Assembly (NCBI GenBank): GCA_964016885.1
Contig: OZ024743.1
Location: 95,790,001-95,854,000 of the forward strand
DNA from: Eledone cirrhosa
Lineage: Eukaryota
Length of the DNA stretch: 64,000 bases
Reading direction: 5' to 3'
Shown here: piece after piece, positions 23,919 to 36,700 of the stretch
Numbering within the stretch: the first letter of the stretch is position 1
How the letters are laid out: each line of letters begins with the position of its first letter
Program-made: the position numbers and the translations under genes
Notes under the pieces: model-generated
The model's input: the letters and a program-made list of their open reading frames with translations, nothing else
Database searches by the model: none
What the model was told of the DNA's origin: nothing

Positions 23919-24587
23919 TCAAGTAGAGTTAATGAACTTGAATGTTTTCAAATTAAATTTGCAGGCGGAAATGCAGAAAGAATATAAATCTAATTAGTAA
24001 TCTATTATATAGAACATATATATGCATGTATATTTAACAAAACATCTGAAATGAAATATTTGAAATATTTATTTATTGAACATATATTACTGTACTATAA
24101 ATCTTAGCTGCTTCTGAAATAAATTTCTTAGTAAAAGAGGCTTGACGTTACAAACTGAATCCTTAGTTAGCAGAATGCATTAACAATACATTTCCTTCAT
24201 TAAGTTTTATAAAAGGTTATACACTGAATATCTAAAATGGCTGCTGAGAAGTGAATCCATCAGTAGTCAGGTTTGTATTTTGTCATCTATATGTACGCCT
24301 AAGTTAACATTGACAAGTGAACTTGTACAATTGATGTGGGTGGAGAAAGTTGAAGGAAGAAAATAAGGAATGAAGCGTCTTGTTATTGCTAAAGAACAGT
24401 TTCAAGAACGTTTTTATGACTATATAGAGAAGTATGGGAAGGTATACATATCTATTTATTAATTTCAAGAACGTCAGTATTCCGTGTGTCATAATTCTCG
24501 ATTATCAGTGGTTCATAGGTTTCAAACGACTCCGCCCACCTCAACGACTCCACCCACCTCAACGACACCAAACTGAAATTAATATGC

Positions 24588-24617
24588 ACTAGCTGACGTA
24601 CCCAGCTTCGCCCGGGT
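24588..24617 (-). mobile_element. Helitron-like terminus (subterminal GC-rich hairpin plus CTAG|T)
   Basis: The minus strand reads acccgggcgaagctgggt-acgtcag-CTAG-T: an imperfect hairpin 7 nt before CTAG, followed by T. Confidence 0.6.
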
Positions 24618-24740
24618 AAACAGATGATAAGAGAAGACAGGGAAAAGAGAAAATGACTGTATTGGGTGTTTGTCTGGTGAGAATAAGAGACAATTATGAT
24701 TATAATTAGAATTATCAATTTAGTGAGGTGATATTTAAAC

Positions 24741-27700
24741 GAAGAGATAGAGAGGGAAGGAATGGAAAGGCGTAGGAAGAGATAGAGAAGGGAGGAATAG
24801 AAAGGCGTAGGAAGAGATAGAGAAGGGAGGAATAGAAAGGCGTAGGAAGAGATAGAGAAGGGAGGAATAGAAAGGCGTAGAAAGAGATAGAGAAGGAAGG
24901 AATAGAACAGCGTAGGAAGAGATACAGAAGGAAGGAATAGAAAAGCGTAGGAAGAGATAGAGAAGGAAGGAATAGAAAGGCGTAGGAAGAGATAGAGAAG
25001 GGAGGAATAGAAAGGCGTAGGAAGAGATAGAGAAGGGAGGAATAGAAAGGCGTAGAAAGAGATAGAGAAGGAAGGAATAGAACAGCGTAGGAAGAGATAC
25101 AGAAGGAAGGAATAGAAAAGCGTAGGAAGAGATAGAGAAGGAAGGAATAGAAAGGCGTAGGAAGAGATAGAGAAGGAAGGAATAGAAAGGCGTAGGAAGA
25201 GATAGAGAAGGAAGGAATATAAAGGCGTAGGAAGAGATAGAGAAGGAAGGAATAGAAAGGCGTAGGAAGAAATAGAGAAGGAAGGAATAGAAATGCGTAG
25301 GAAGAGATAGAGAAGGAAGGAATAGAAAGGCGTAGGAAGAGATAGAGAAGGAAGGAATAGAAAGGCGTAGGAAGAGATAGAGAAGGAAGGAATAGAAAGG
25401 CGTAGGAAGAGGTAAAGAAGGAAGGAATAGAAAGGCGTAGAAAGAAATAGAGAAGGAAGGAATGGAAAGGCGTAGGAAGAGATAGAGAAGGAAGGAATGA
25501 AAGGTGTAGGAAGAGATAGAGAAGGAAGGAATGGAAAGGTGTAGGAAGAGATAGAGAAGGAAGGAATGGAAAGGCGTAGGAAGAGATAGAGAAGGAAGGA
25601 ATGGAAAGGCGTAGGAAGAGATAGAGAAGGGAGGAATAGAAAGGCGTAGGAAGAGATAGAGAGGGAAGGAATGGAAAGGCGTAGGAAGAGATAAAGAAGG
25701 GAGGAATAGAAAGGCGTAGGAAGAGATAGAGAAGGAAGGAATAGAAAGGCGTAGGAAGAGATAGAGAAGGAAGGAATAGAAAGGCGTAGGAAGAGATAGA
25801 GAAGGAAGGAATGGAAAGGCGTAGGAAGAGATAGAGAAGGGAGGAATAGAAAGGCGTAGGAAGAGATAGAGAAGGAAGGAATTGAAAGGCGTAGGAAGAG
25901 ATAGAGAAGGAAGGAATGGAAAGGCGTAGGAAGAGATAGAGAAGGGAGGAATAGAAAGGCGTAGGAAGAGATAGATAGGGAAGGAATGGAAAGGCGTAGG
26001 AAGAGATAGAGAAGGAAGGTATAGGAAGGCGTATGAAGAGATAGAGAAGGAAGGTATAGAAAGGCGTAGGAAGAGATAGAGAAGGAAGGAATAGAAAGCC
26101 GTAGGAAGAGATAGAGAAGGGAGGAATAGACAGACGTAGGAAGAGATAGAGAAGGAAGGAATAGAAAGGCGTAGGAAGAGATAGAGAAGGAAGGAATAGA
26201 AAGGCGTAGGAAGAGATAGAGAAGGAAGGAATGGAAAGGCGTAGGAAGAGATAGAGAAGGGAGGAATAGAAAGGCGTAGGAAGAGATAGAGAAGGAAGGA
26301 ATAGAAAGGTGTAGGAAGAGATAGAGAAGGAAGGAATAGAAAGGCGTGGGAAGAGATAGAGAAGGAAGGAATAGAAAGGCGTAGGAAGAGATAGAGAAGG
26401 AAGGAATGGAAAGGCGTAGGAAGAGATAGAGAAGGGAGGAATAGAAAGGCGTAGGAAGAGATAGAGAAGGAAGGAATAGAAAGGCGTAGGAAGAGATAGA
26501 GAAGGAGGAATAGAAAGGTGTAGCAAGAGATAGAGAAGGAAGGTATAGGAAGGCGTAGAAAGAGATAGAGAAGGAAGGAATGGAAAGGCGTAGGAAGAGA
26601 TAGAGAAGGAAGGAATGGAAAGGCGTAGGAAGAGATAGAGAAGGAAGGAATGGAAAGGTGTAGGAAGAGATAGAGAAGGAAGGTATAGGAAGGTGTAGGA
26701 AAAGATAGAGAAGGAAGGAATGGAAAGACGTAGGAAGAGTTAGAGAAGGAAGGAATAGAAAGGGGTAGAAAGAGATAGAGAAGGAAGGAATGGAAAGGCG
26801 TAGGAAGAGATAGAGAAGGAAGGAATGGAAAGGCGTAGGAAGAGATAGAGAAGGAAGGAATGGAAAGGTGTAGGAAGAGATAGAGAAGGAAGGTATAGGA
26901 AGGTGTAGGAAAAGATAGAGAAGGAAGGAATGGAAAGGTGTAGGAAGAGTTAGAGAAGGAAGGAATAGAAAAGCGTAGGAAGAGATAGAGAAGGAAGGTA
27001 TAGGAAGGTGTAGGAAAAGATAGAGAAGGAAGGAATGGAAAGACGTAGGAAGAGATAGAGAAGGAAGGAATAGAAAGGCGTAGAAAGAGATAGAGAAGGA
27101 AGGAATAGAAATGCGTAGGAAGAGATAGAGAAGGAAGGAATAGAAAAACGTAGGAAGAGATAGAGAAGGAAGGAAAAGAAAGGTGTAGGAAGAGAAAGAG
27201 AAGGAAGGAATAGAAAGGAGTAGGAAGAGATAGAGAAGGCAGGAGTAGAAAGGTGTAGGAAGAGATAGAGAAGCAAGGAATGGAAAGGCGTAGGAAGAGA
27301 TAGACAAGGAAGGAATAGAAAGGCGTAGGAAGAGATAGAGAAGGAAGGAATAGAAAGGTGTAGGAAGAGATAGAGAAGGAAGGAATGGAAAGGCGTAGGA
27401 AGAGACAGAGAAGGAAGGAATAGAAAGGCGTAGGAAGAGATAGAGAAGGAAGGAATAGAAAGGTGTAGGAAGAGATAGAGAAGGAAGGAATAGAAAGGTG
27501 TAGGAAGAGATAGAGAAGGAAGGAATGGAAAGGCGTAGGAAGAGATAGAGAAGCAAGGAATGGAAAGGCGTAGGAAGAGATAGAGAAGAAAGGAATAGAA
27601 AGGCGTAGGAAGAGATAGAGAAGGAAGGAATGGCAAGGCGTAGGAAGAGATAGAGAAGGAAGGAATAGAAAAGCGTAGGAAGAGATAGAGAAGGAAGGAA

Positions 27701-30700
27701 TAGAAAGGTGTAGGAAGAGATAGAGAAGGAAGGAATAGAAAGGTGTAGGAAGAGATAGAGAAGGAAGGAATATAAAGGCGTAGGAAGATATAGAGAAGGA
27801 AGGAATGGAAAGGCGTAGGAAGAGATAGAGAAGGAAGGAATAGAAAGGCGTAGGAAGAGATAGAGAAGGAAGGAATAGAAAGGCGTAGGAAGAGATAGAG
27901 AAGGAAGGAATAGAAAGGTGTAGGAAGAGATAGAGAAGGAAGGAATATAAAGGCGTAGGAAGAGATAGAGAAGGAAGGAATGGAAAGGCGTAGGAAGAGA
28001 TAGAGAAGGAAGGAATATAAAGGCGTAGGAAGAGATAGAGAAGGAAGGAATGGAAAGGCGTAGGAAGAGATAGAAAAGGAAGGAATGGAAAGGCGTTGGA
28101 AGAGATAGAGAAGGAAGGAATGGAAAGGTGTAGGAAGACGTAGAGAAGGAAGGAATATAAAGGCGTAGGAAGAGATAGAGAAGGAAGGAATGGAAAGGTG
28201 TAGGAAGAGATAGAGAAGGAAGGAATGGAAAGGCGTAGGAAGAGATAGAGAAGGAAGGTATAGGAAGGCGTATGAAGAGATAGAGAAGGAAGGTATAGAA
28301 AGGCGTAGGAAGAGATAGAGAAGGAAGGAATAGAAAGCCGTAGGAAGAGATAGAGAAGGGAGGAATAGACAGACGTAGGAAGAGATAGAGAAGGAAGGAA
28401 TAGAAAGGCGTAGGAAGAGATAGAGAAGGAAGGAATAGAAAGGCGTAGGAAGAGATAGAGAAGGAAGGAATGGAAAGGCGTAGGAAGAGATAGAGAAGGG
28501 AGGAATAGAAAGGCGTAGGAAGAGATAGAGAAGGAAGGAATAGAAAGGTGTAGGAAGAGATAGAGAAGGAAGGAATAGAAAGGCGTGGGAAGAGATAGAG
28601 AAGGAAGGAATAGAAAGGCGTAGGAAGAGATAGAGAAGGAAGGAATGGAAAGGCGTAGGAAGAGATAGAGAAGGGAGGAATAGAAAGGCGTAGGAAGAGA
28701 TAGAGAAGGAAGGAATAGAAAGGCGTAGGAAGAGATAGAGAAGGAGGAATAGAAAGGTGTAGCAAGAGATAGAGAAGGAAGGTATAGGAAGGTGTAGGAA
28801 AAGATAGAGAAGGAAGGAATGGAAAGACGTAGGAAGAGATAGAGAAGGAAGGAATAGAAAGGCGTAGAAAGAGATAGAGAAGGAAGGAATGGAAAGGCGT
28901 AGGAAGAGATAGAGAAGGAAGGAATGGAAAGGCGTAGGAAGAGATAGAGAAGGAAGGAATGGAAAGGTGTAGGAAGAGATAGAGAAGGAAGGTATAGGAA
29001 GGTGTAGGAAAAGATAGAGAAGGAAGGAATGGAAAGACGTAGGAAGAGTTAGAGAAGGAAGGAATAGAAAAGCGTAGGAAGAGATAGAGAAGGAAGGTAT
29101 AGGAAGGTGTAGGAAAAGATAGAGAAGGAAGGAATGGAAAGACGTAGGAAGAGATAGAGAAGGAAGGAATAGAAAGGCGTAGAAAGAGATAGAGAAGGAA
29201 GGAATAGAAATGCGTAGGAAGAGATAGAGAAGGAAGGAATAGAAAAACGTAGGAAGAGATAGAGAAGGAAGGAAAAGAAAGGTGTAGGAAGAGATAGAGA
29301 AGGAAGGAATAGAAAGGCGTAGGAAGAGATAGAGAAGGAAGGAGTAGAAAGGTGTAGGAAGAGATAGAGAAGCAAGGAATGGAAAGGCGTAGGAAGAGAT
29401 AGACAAGGAAGGAATAGAAAGGCGTAGGAAGAGATAGAAAGGAAGGAATAGAAAGGTGTAGGAAGAGATAGAGAAGGAAGGAATGGAAAGGCGTAGGAAG
29501 AGATAGAGAAGGAAGGAATAGAAAGGCGTAGGAAGAGATAGAGAAGGAAGGAATAGAAAGGTGTAGGAAGAGATAGAGAAGGAAGGAATAGAAAGGTGTA
29601 GGAAGAGATAGAGAAGGAAGGAATGGAAAGGCGTAGGAAGAGATAGAGAAGCAAGGAATGGAAAGGCGTAGGAAGAGATAGAGAAGGAAGGAATAGAAAG
29701 GCGTAGGAAGAGATAGAGAAGGAAGGAATGGCAAGGCGTAGGAAGAGATAGAGAAGGAAGGAATAGAAAAGCGTAGGAAGAGATAGAGAAGGAAGGAATA
29801 GAAAGGTGTAGGAAGAGATAGAGAAGGAAGGAAGAGAAAGGTGTAGGAAGAGATAGAGAAGGAAGGAATATAAAGGCGTAGAAAGAGATAGAGAAGGAAG
29901 GAATGGAAAGGCGTAGGAAGAGATAGAGAAGGAAGGAATAGAAAGGCGTAGGAAGAGATAGAGGAGGAAGGAATAGAAAGGCGTAGGAAGAGATAGAGAA
30001 GGAAGGAATAGAAAGGTGTAGGAAGAGATAGAGAAGGAAGGAATATAAAGGCGTAGGAAGAGATAGAGAAGGAAGGAATGGAAAGGCGTAGGAAGAGATA
30101 GAAAAGGAAGGAATGGAAAGGCGTTGGAAGAGATAGAGAAGGAAGGAATGGAAAGGTGTAGGAAGACGTAGAGAAGGAAGGAATATAAAGGCGTAGGAAG
30201 AGATAGAGAAGGAAGGAATAGAAAGGTGTAGGAAGAGATAGAGAAGGAATGAATGGAAAGGCGTAGGAAGAGAGAGAGAAAGAAGGAATGGAAAGGCGTA
30301 GCAAGAGATAGAGAAAGAAATGAATGGAAAGGTGTAGGGAGAGATAGAGAAGGAATGAATGGAAAGGCGTAGGAAGAGATAGAGAAGGAAGGAATAGAAA
30401 GGTGTAGGAAGAGATAGAGAAGGAATGAATGGAAAGGCGTAGGAAGAGAGAGAGAAGGAAGGAATAGAAAGGTGTAGGAAGAGATAGAGAAGGAAGGAAT
30501 GGAAAGGCGTAGGAAGAGATAGAGAAAGAAAGGAATGGAAAGGCGTAGGAAGAGATAGAGAAGGAATGAATGGAAAGCGTAGGAAGAGATAGAGAAGGAA
30601 GGAATAGAAAGGTATAGGAAGAGATAGAGAAGGAAGGAATGGAAAGGCGTAGGAAGAGATAGAGAAGGAAGGAATAGAAAGGTGTAGGAAGAGATAGAGA

Positions 30701-33700
30701 AGGAAGGAATGGAAAGGCGTAGGAAGAGATAGAGAAGGAAGGAATGGAAAGGCGTAGGAAGAGATAGAGAAGGAAGGAATGGAAAGGCGTAGGAAGAGAT
30801 AGAGAAGGAAGGAATGGAAAGGCGTAGGAAGAGATAGAGAAGGAAGGAATGGAAAGGCGTAGGAAGAGATAGAGAAGGAGGGAATGGAAAGGCGTAGGAA
30901 GAGATAGAGAAGCAAGGAATAGAACAGCGTAGGAAGAGATAGAGAAGGAAGGAATAGAAAGGTGTAGGAAGAGATAGAGAAGGAAGGAATGGAAAGGCGT
31001 AGGAAGAGATAGAGAAGGAAGGGATGGAAAGGCGTAGGAAGAGATAGAGAAGGAAGGGATGGAAAGGCGTAGGAAGAGTTAGAGAAGGAAGGAATGGAAA
31101 GGCGTAGGAAGAGATAGCGAAAGGGAGGAATAGAAAGGTGTAGCAAGAGATAGAGATCGAAGGAATGGAAAGGCGTAGGAAGAGATACAGAAAGAAGGAA
31201 TGGAAAGGTGTAGGAAGAGATAGCGAAAGGGAGGAATAGAAAGGTGTAGGAAGAGATAGAGAAGGGAGGAATGGAAAGGTGTAGGAAGAGATAGAGAAGG
31301 AATGAATGGAAAGGCGTAGGAAGAGATAGAGAAGGAATGAATGGAAAGGCGTAGGAAGAGATAGAGAAGGAAGGAATAGAAAGGTGTAGGAAGAGATAGA
31401 GAAGGAAGGAATGGAAAGGCGTAGGAAGAGATAGAGAAGGAAGGAATAGAAAGGTGTAGGAAGAGATAGAGAAGGAATGAATGGAAAGGCGTAGGAAAAG
31501 ATAGAGAAGGAAGGAATAGAAAGGCGTAGGAAGAGATAGAGAAGGAAGGAATAGAAAGGCGTAGGAAGAGATAGAGAAGGAAGGAATAGAAAGGCGTAGG
31601 AAGAGATAGAGAAGGAAGGAATAGAAGGTCGTAGAAAGAGATAGAGATGGAAGGAATGGAAAGGCGTAGGAAGAGATAGAGAAGGAAGGAATGGAAAGGC
31701 GTAGGAAGAGATAGAGAAGGAAGGAATGGAAAAGCGTAGGAAGAGATAGAGAAGGAAGGAATGGAAAGGCGTTGGAAGAGATAGAGAAGGAAGGAATATA
31801 AAGGCGTAGGAAGAGATAGAGAAGGAAGGAATAGAAGGTCGAAGAAAGAGATAGAGAAGGAAGGAATAGAAAGGTGTAGGAAGAGATAGAGAAGGAAGGA
31901 ATGGAAAGGCGTAGGAAGAGATAGAGAAGGAAGGAATAGAAAGGCGTAGGAAGAGATAGAGAAGGAAGGAATAGAAAGGTGTAGGAAGAGATAGAGAAGG
32001 AAGGAATAGAAAGGCGTAGGAAGAGATAGAGAAGGAAGGAATGGAAAGGCGTAGGAAGAGATAGAGAAGGAAGGAATAGAAAGGCGTAGGAAGAGATCGA
32101 GAAGGAAGGAATAGAAAGGTGTAGGAAGAGATAGAGAAGGAAGGAATGGAAAAGCGTAGGAAGAGATAGAGAAGGAAGGAATGGAAAGGCGTAGGAAGAG
32201 ATAGAGAAGGAAGGAATAGAAAGGCGTAGGAAGAGATAGAGAAGGAGGGAATAGAAAGGTGTAGGAAGAGATAGAGAAGGAAGGAATGGAAAGGCGTAGG
32301 AAGAGATAGAGAAGGAAGGAATAGAAAGGCGTAGGAAGAGATAGAGAAGGAAGGTATGGAAAGGCGTAGGAAGAGATAGAGAAGGAAGGAGTAGAAAAGC
32401 GTAGGAAGAGATAGAGAAGGAAGGAATAGAAAGGTGTAGGAAGAGATAGAGAAGGAATGAATGGAAAGGCGAAGGAAGAGATAGAGAAGGAAGGAATGGA
32501 AAGGCGTAGGAAGAGATAGAGAAGGAAGGAATAGAACAGCGTAGGAAGAGATAGAGAAGGAAGGAATGGAAAGGCGTAGGAAGAGATAGAGAAGGACGGA
32601 ATGGAAAGGCGTAGGAAGAGATAGAGAAGGAATGAATGGAAAGGCGTAGGAAGAGATAAAGAAGGAAGGAAGGGAAAGGCGTAGGAAGAGATAGAGAAGG
32701 AATGAATGGAAAGGCGTAGGAAGAGATAAAGAAGGAAGGAATAGAAAGGCGTAGAAAGAGATAGAGAAGGAAGGAATAGAAGGTCGTAGAAAGAGATAGA
32801 GAAGGAAGGAATGGAAAGGCGTAGGAAGAGATAGAGAAGGAAGGAATGGAAAGGCGTAGGAAGATATAGAGAAGGAAGGAATAGAAAGGTGTAGGAAGAG
32901 ATAGAGAAGGGAGGAATAGAAAGGCGTAGGAAGAGATAGAGAAGGAAGGAAGAGAAGGTCGTAGAAAGAGATAGAGAATGAAGGAATAGAAAGGTGTAGG
33001 AAGAGATAAAGAAGGAAGGTAGGGAAAGGCGTAGGAAGAGATAGAGAAGGAAGGAATAGAAAGTTGTAGGAAGAGATAGAGAAGGAAGGAATAGAAAGGT
33101 GTAGGAAGAGATAGAGAAGGAAGGAATAGAAAGGTGTAGGAAGAGATAGAGAAGGAAGGAATGGAAAGGCGTAGGAAGAGATAGAGAAGGAAGGAATGGA
33201 AAGGCGTAGGAAGAGTTAGAGAAGGAAGGAATGGAAAGGCGTAGGAAGAGATAGAGAAGGAAGGAATAGAACAGCGTAGGAAGAGATAGAGAAGGAAGGA
33301 ATGGAAAGGAGTAGGAAGAGATAGAGAAGGAAGGAATAGAAAGGTGTAGGAAGAGATAGAGAAGCAAGGAAGGGAAAGGCGTAGGAAGAGATAGAGAAGG
33401 AAGGAATAGAAAGGCGTAGGAAGAGATCGGAGAAGGAAGGTATAGGAAAGTGTATGAAGAGATAGAGAAGGAAGGAATAGAAAGGTGTAGGAAGAGATAG
33501 AGAAGGAAGGAATAGAAAGGCGTATGAAGAGATAGAGAAGGAAGGAATAGAAAGGCGTAAGAAGAGATAGAGATGGAAGGAATAGAACAGCGTAGGAAGA
33601 GATAGAGAAGGAAGGAATGGAAAAGCGTAGGAAGAGATAGAGAAGGAAGGTATAGGAAGGCGTAGGAAGAGTTAGAGAAGGAAGGAATGGAAAGGCGTAG

Positions 33701-36700
33701 GAAAAGATAGAGAAGGAAGGAAGAGAAAGGCGTAGGAAGAGATAGAGAAGGAAGGAATAGAAAGGTGTAGGAAGAGATAGAGAAGCAAGGAATAGAACAG
33801 CGTAAGAAGAGATAGAGAAGGAAGGAATAGAAAGGCGTAGGAAGAGATAGAGAAGGAAGGAATAGAAAGGTGTAGGAAGAGATAAAGAGGGAAGGAATAG
33901 ATAGGTATAGGAAGAGATAGTGAAGGAAGTAATGGAAAGGCGTAGGAAGAGATAGAGAAGGAAGGAATGGAAAGGTGTAGGAAGAGATAGAGAAGGAAGG
34001 AATGGAAAGGCGTAGGAAGAGATAGAGAAGGAAGGAATGGAAAGGCGTAGGAAGAGATAGAGAAGGAAGGAATGGAAAGGCGTAGGAAGAGATAGAGAAG
34101 GAAGGAATAGAAAGGCGTAGGAAGAGATAGAGAAGGAAGGAATGGAAAGGCGTAGGAAGAGATAGAGAAGGAAGGAATAGAAGGGTGTAGGAAGAGATAG
34201 AGAAGGAAGGAATAGAAAGGCGTAGGAAGAGATAGAGAAGGAAGGAATGGAAAGGCGTAGGAAGAGATAGAGAAGGAAGGAATGGAAAGGCGTAGGAAGA
34301 GATAGAGAAGGAAGGAATGGAAAGGCGTAGGAAGAGATAGAGAAGGAAGGAATAGAAAGGCGTAGGAAGAGATAGAGAAGGAAGGAATGGAAAGGCGTAG
34401 GAAGAGATAGAGAAGGAAGGAATAGAAAGGCGTAGGAAGAGATCGGAGAAGGAAGGTATAGGAAAGTGTATGAAGAGATAGAGAAGGAAGGAATAGAAAG
34501 GCGTAGGAAGAGATAGAGAAGGAAGGAATAGAAAGGCGTATGAAGAGATAGAGAAGGAAGGAATAGAAAGGCGTAAGAAGAGATAGAGATGGAAGGAATA
34601 GAACAGCGTAGGAAGAGATAGAGAAGGAAGGAATGGAAAAGCGTAGGAAGAGATAGAGAAGGAAGGTATAGGAAGGCGTAGGAAGAGATAGAGAAGGAAG
34701 GAATGGAAAGGCGTAGGAAAAGATAGAGAAGGAAGGAAGAGAAAGGCGTAGGAAGAGATAGAGAAGGAAGGAATAGAAAGGTGTAGGAAGAGATAGAGAA
34801 GCAAGGAATAGAACAGCGTAAGAAGAGATAGAGAAGGAAGGAATAGAAAGGCGTAGGAAGAGATAGAGAAGGGAGGAATAGAAAGGTGTAGGAAGAGATA
34901 AAGAAGGAAGGAATAGATAGGTGTAGGAAGAGATAGTGAAGGAAGTAATGGAAAGGCGTAGGAAGAGATAGAGAAGGAAGGAATGGAAAGGTGTAGGAAG
35001 AGATAGAGAAGGAAGGAATGGAAAGGCGTAGGAAGAGATAGAGAAGGAAGGAATAGAACAGCGTAGGAAGAGATAGAGAAGGAAGGAATGGAAAGGCGTA
35101 GGAAGAGATAGAGAAGGAAGGAATGGAAAGGCGTAGGAAGATATAGAGAAGGAAGGAATAGAAAGGTGTAGGAAGAGATAGAGAAGGGAGGAATAGAAAG
35201 GCGTAGGAAGAGATAGAGAAGGAAGGAAGAGAAGGTCGTAGAAAGAGATAGAGAATGAAGGAATAGAAAGGTGTAGGAAGAGATAAAGAAGGAAGGTAGG
35301 GAAAGGCGTAGGAAGAGATAGAGAAGGAAGGAATAGAAAGTTGTAGGAAGAGATAGAGAAGGAAGGAATAGAAAGGTGTAGGAAGAGATAGAGAAGGAAG
35401 GAATAGAAAGGTGTAGGAAGAGATAGAGAAGGAAGGAATGGAAAGGCGTAGGAAGAGATAGAGAAGGAAGGAATGGAAAGGCGTAGGAAGAGTTAGAGAA
35501 GGAAGGAATGGAAAGGCGTAGGAAGAGATAGAGAAGGCAGGAATAGAACAGCGTAGGAAGAGATAGAGAAGGAAGGAATGGAAAGGAGTAGGAAGAGATA
35601 GAGAAGGAAGGAATAGAAAGGTGTAGGAAGAGATAGAGAAGCAAGGAAGGGAAAGGCGTAGGAAGAGATAGAGAAGGAAGGAATAGAAAGGCGTAGGAAG
35701 AGATCGGAGAAGGAAGGTATAGGAAAGTGTATGAAGAGATAGAGAAGGAAGGAATAGAAAGGTGTAGGAAGAGATAGAGAAGGAAGGAATAGAAAGGCGT
35801 ATGAAGAGATAGAGAAGGAAGGAATAGAAAGGCGTAAGAAGAGATAGAGATGGAAGGAATAGAACAGCGTAGGAAGAGATAGAGAAGGAAGGAATGGAAA
35901 AGCGTAGGAAGAGATAGAGAAGGAAGGTATAGGAAGGCGTAGGAAGAGTTAGAGAAGGAAGGAATGGAAAGGCGTAGGAAAAGATAGAGAAGGAAGGAAG
36001 AGAAAGGCGTAGGAAGAGATAGAGAAGGAAGGAATAGAAAGGTGTAGGAAGAGATAGAGAAGCAAGGAATAGAACAGCGTAAGAAGAGATAGAGAAGGAA
36101 GGAATAGAAAGGCGTAGGAAGAGATAGAGAAGGAAGGAATAGAAAGGTGTAGGAAGAGATAAAGAGGGAAGGAATAGATAGGTATAGGAAGAGATAGTGA
36201 AGGAAGTAATGGAAAGGCGTAGGAAGAGATAGAGAAGGAAGGAATGGAAAGGTGTAGGAAGAGATAGAGAAGGAAGGAATGGAAAGGCGTAGGAAGAGAT
36301 AGAGAAGGAAGGAATGGAAAGGCGTAGGAAGAGATAGAGAAGGAAGGAATGGAAAGGCGTAGGAAGAGATAGAGAAGGAAGGAATAGAAAGGCGTAGGAA
36401 GAGATAGAGAAGGAAGGAATGGAAAGGCGTAGGAAGAGATAGAGAAGGAAGGAATAGAAGGGTGTAGGAAGAGATAGAGAAGGAAGGAATAGAAAGGCGT
36501 AGGAAGAGATAGAGAAGGAAGGAATGGAAAGGCGTAGGAAGAGATAGAGAAGAAAGGAATGGAAAGGCGTAGGAAGAGATAGAGAAGGAAGGAATGGAAA
36601 GGCGTAGGAAGAGATAGAGAAGGAAGGAATAGAAAGGCGTAGGAAGAGATAGAGAAGGAAGGAATGGAAAGGCGTAGGAAGAGATAGAGAAGGAAGGAAT

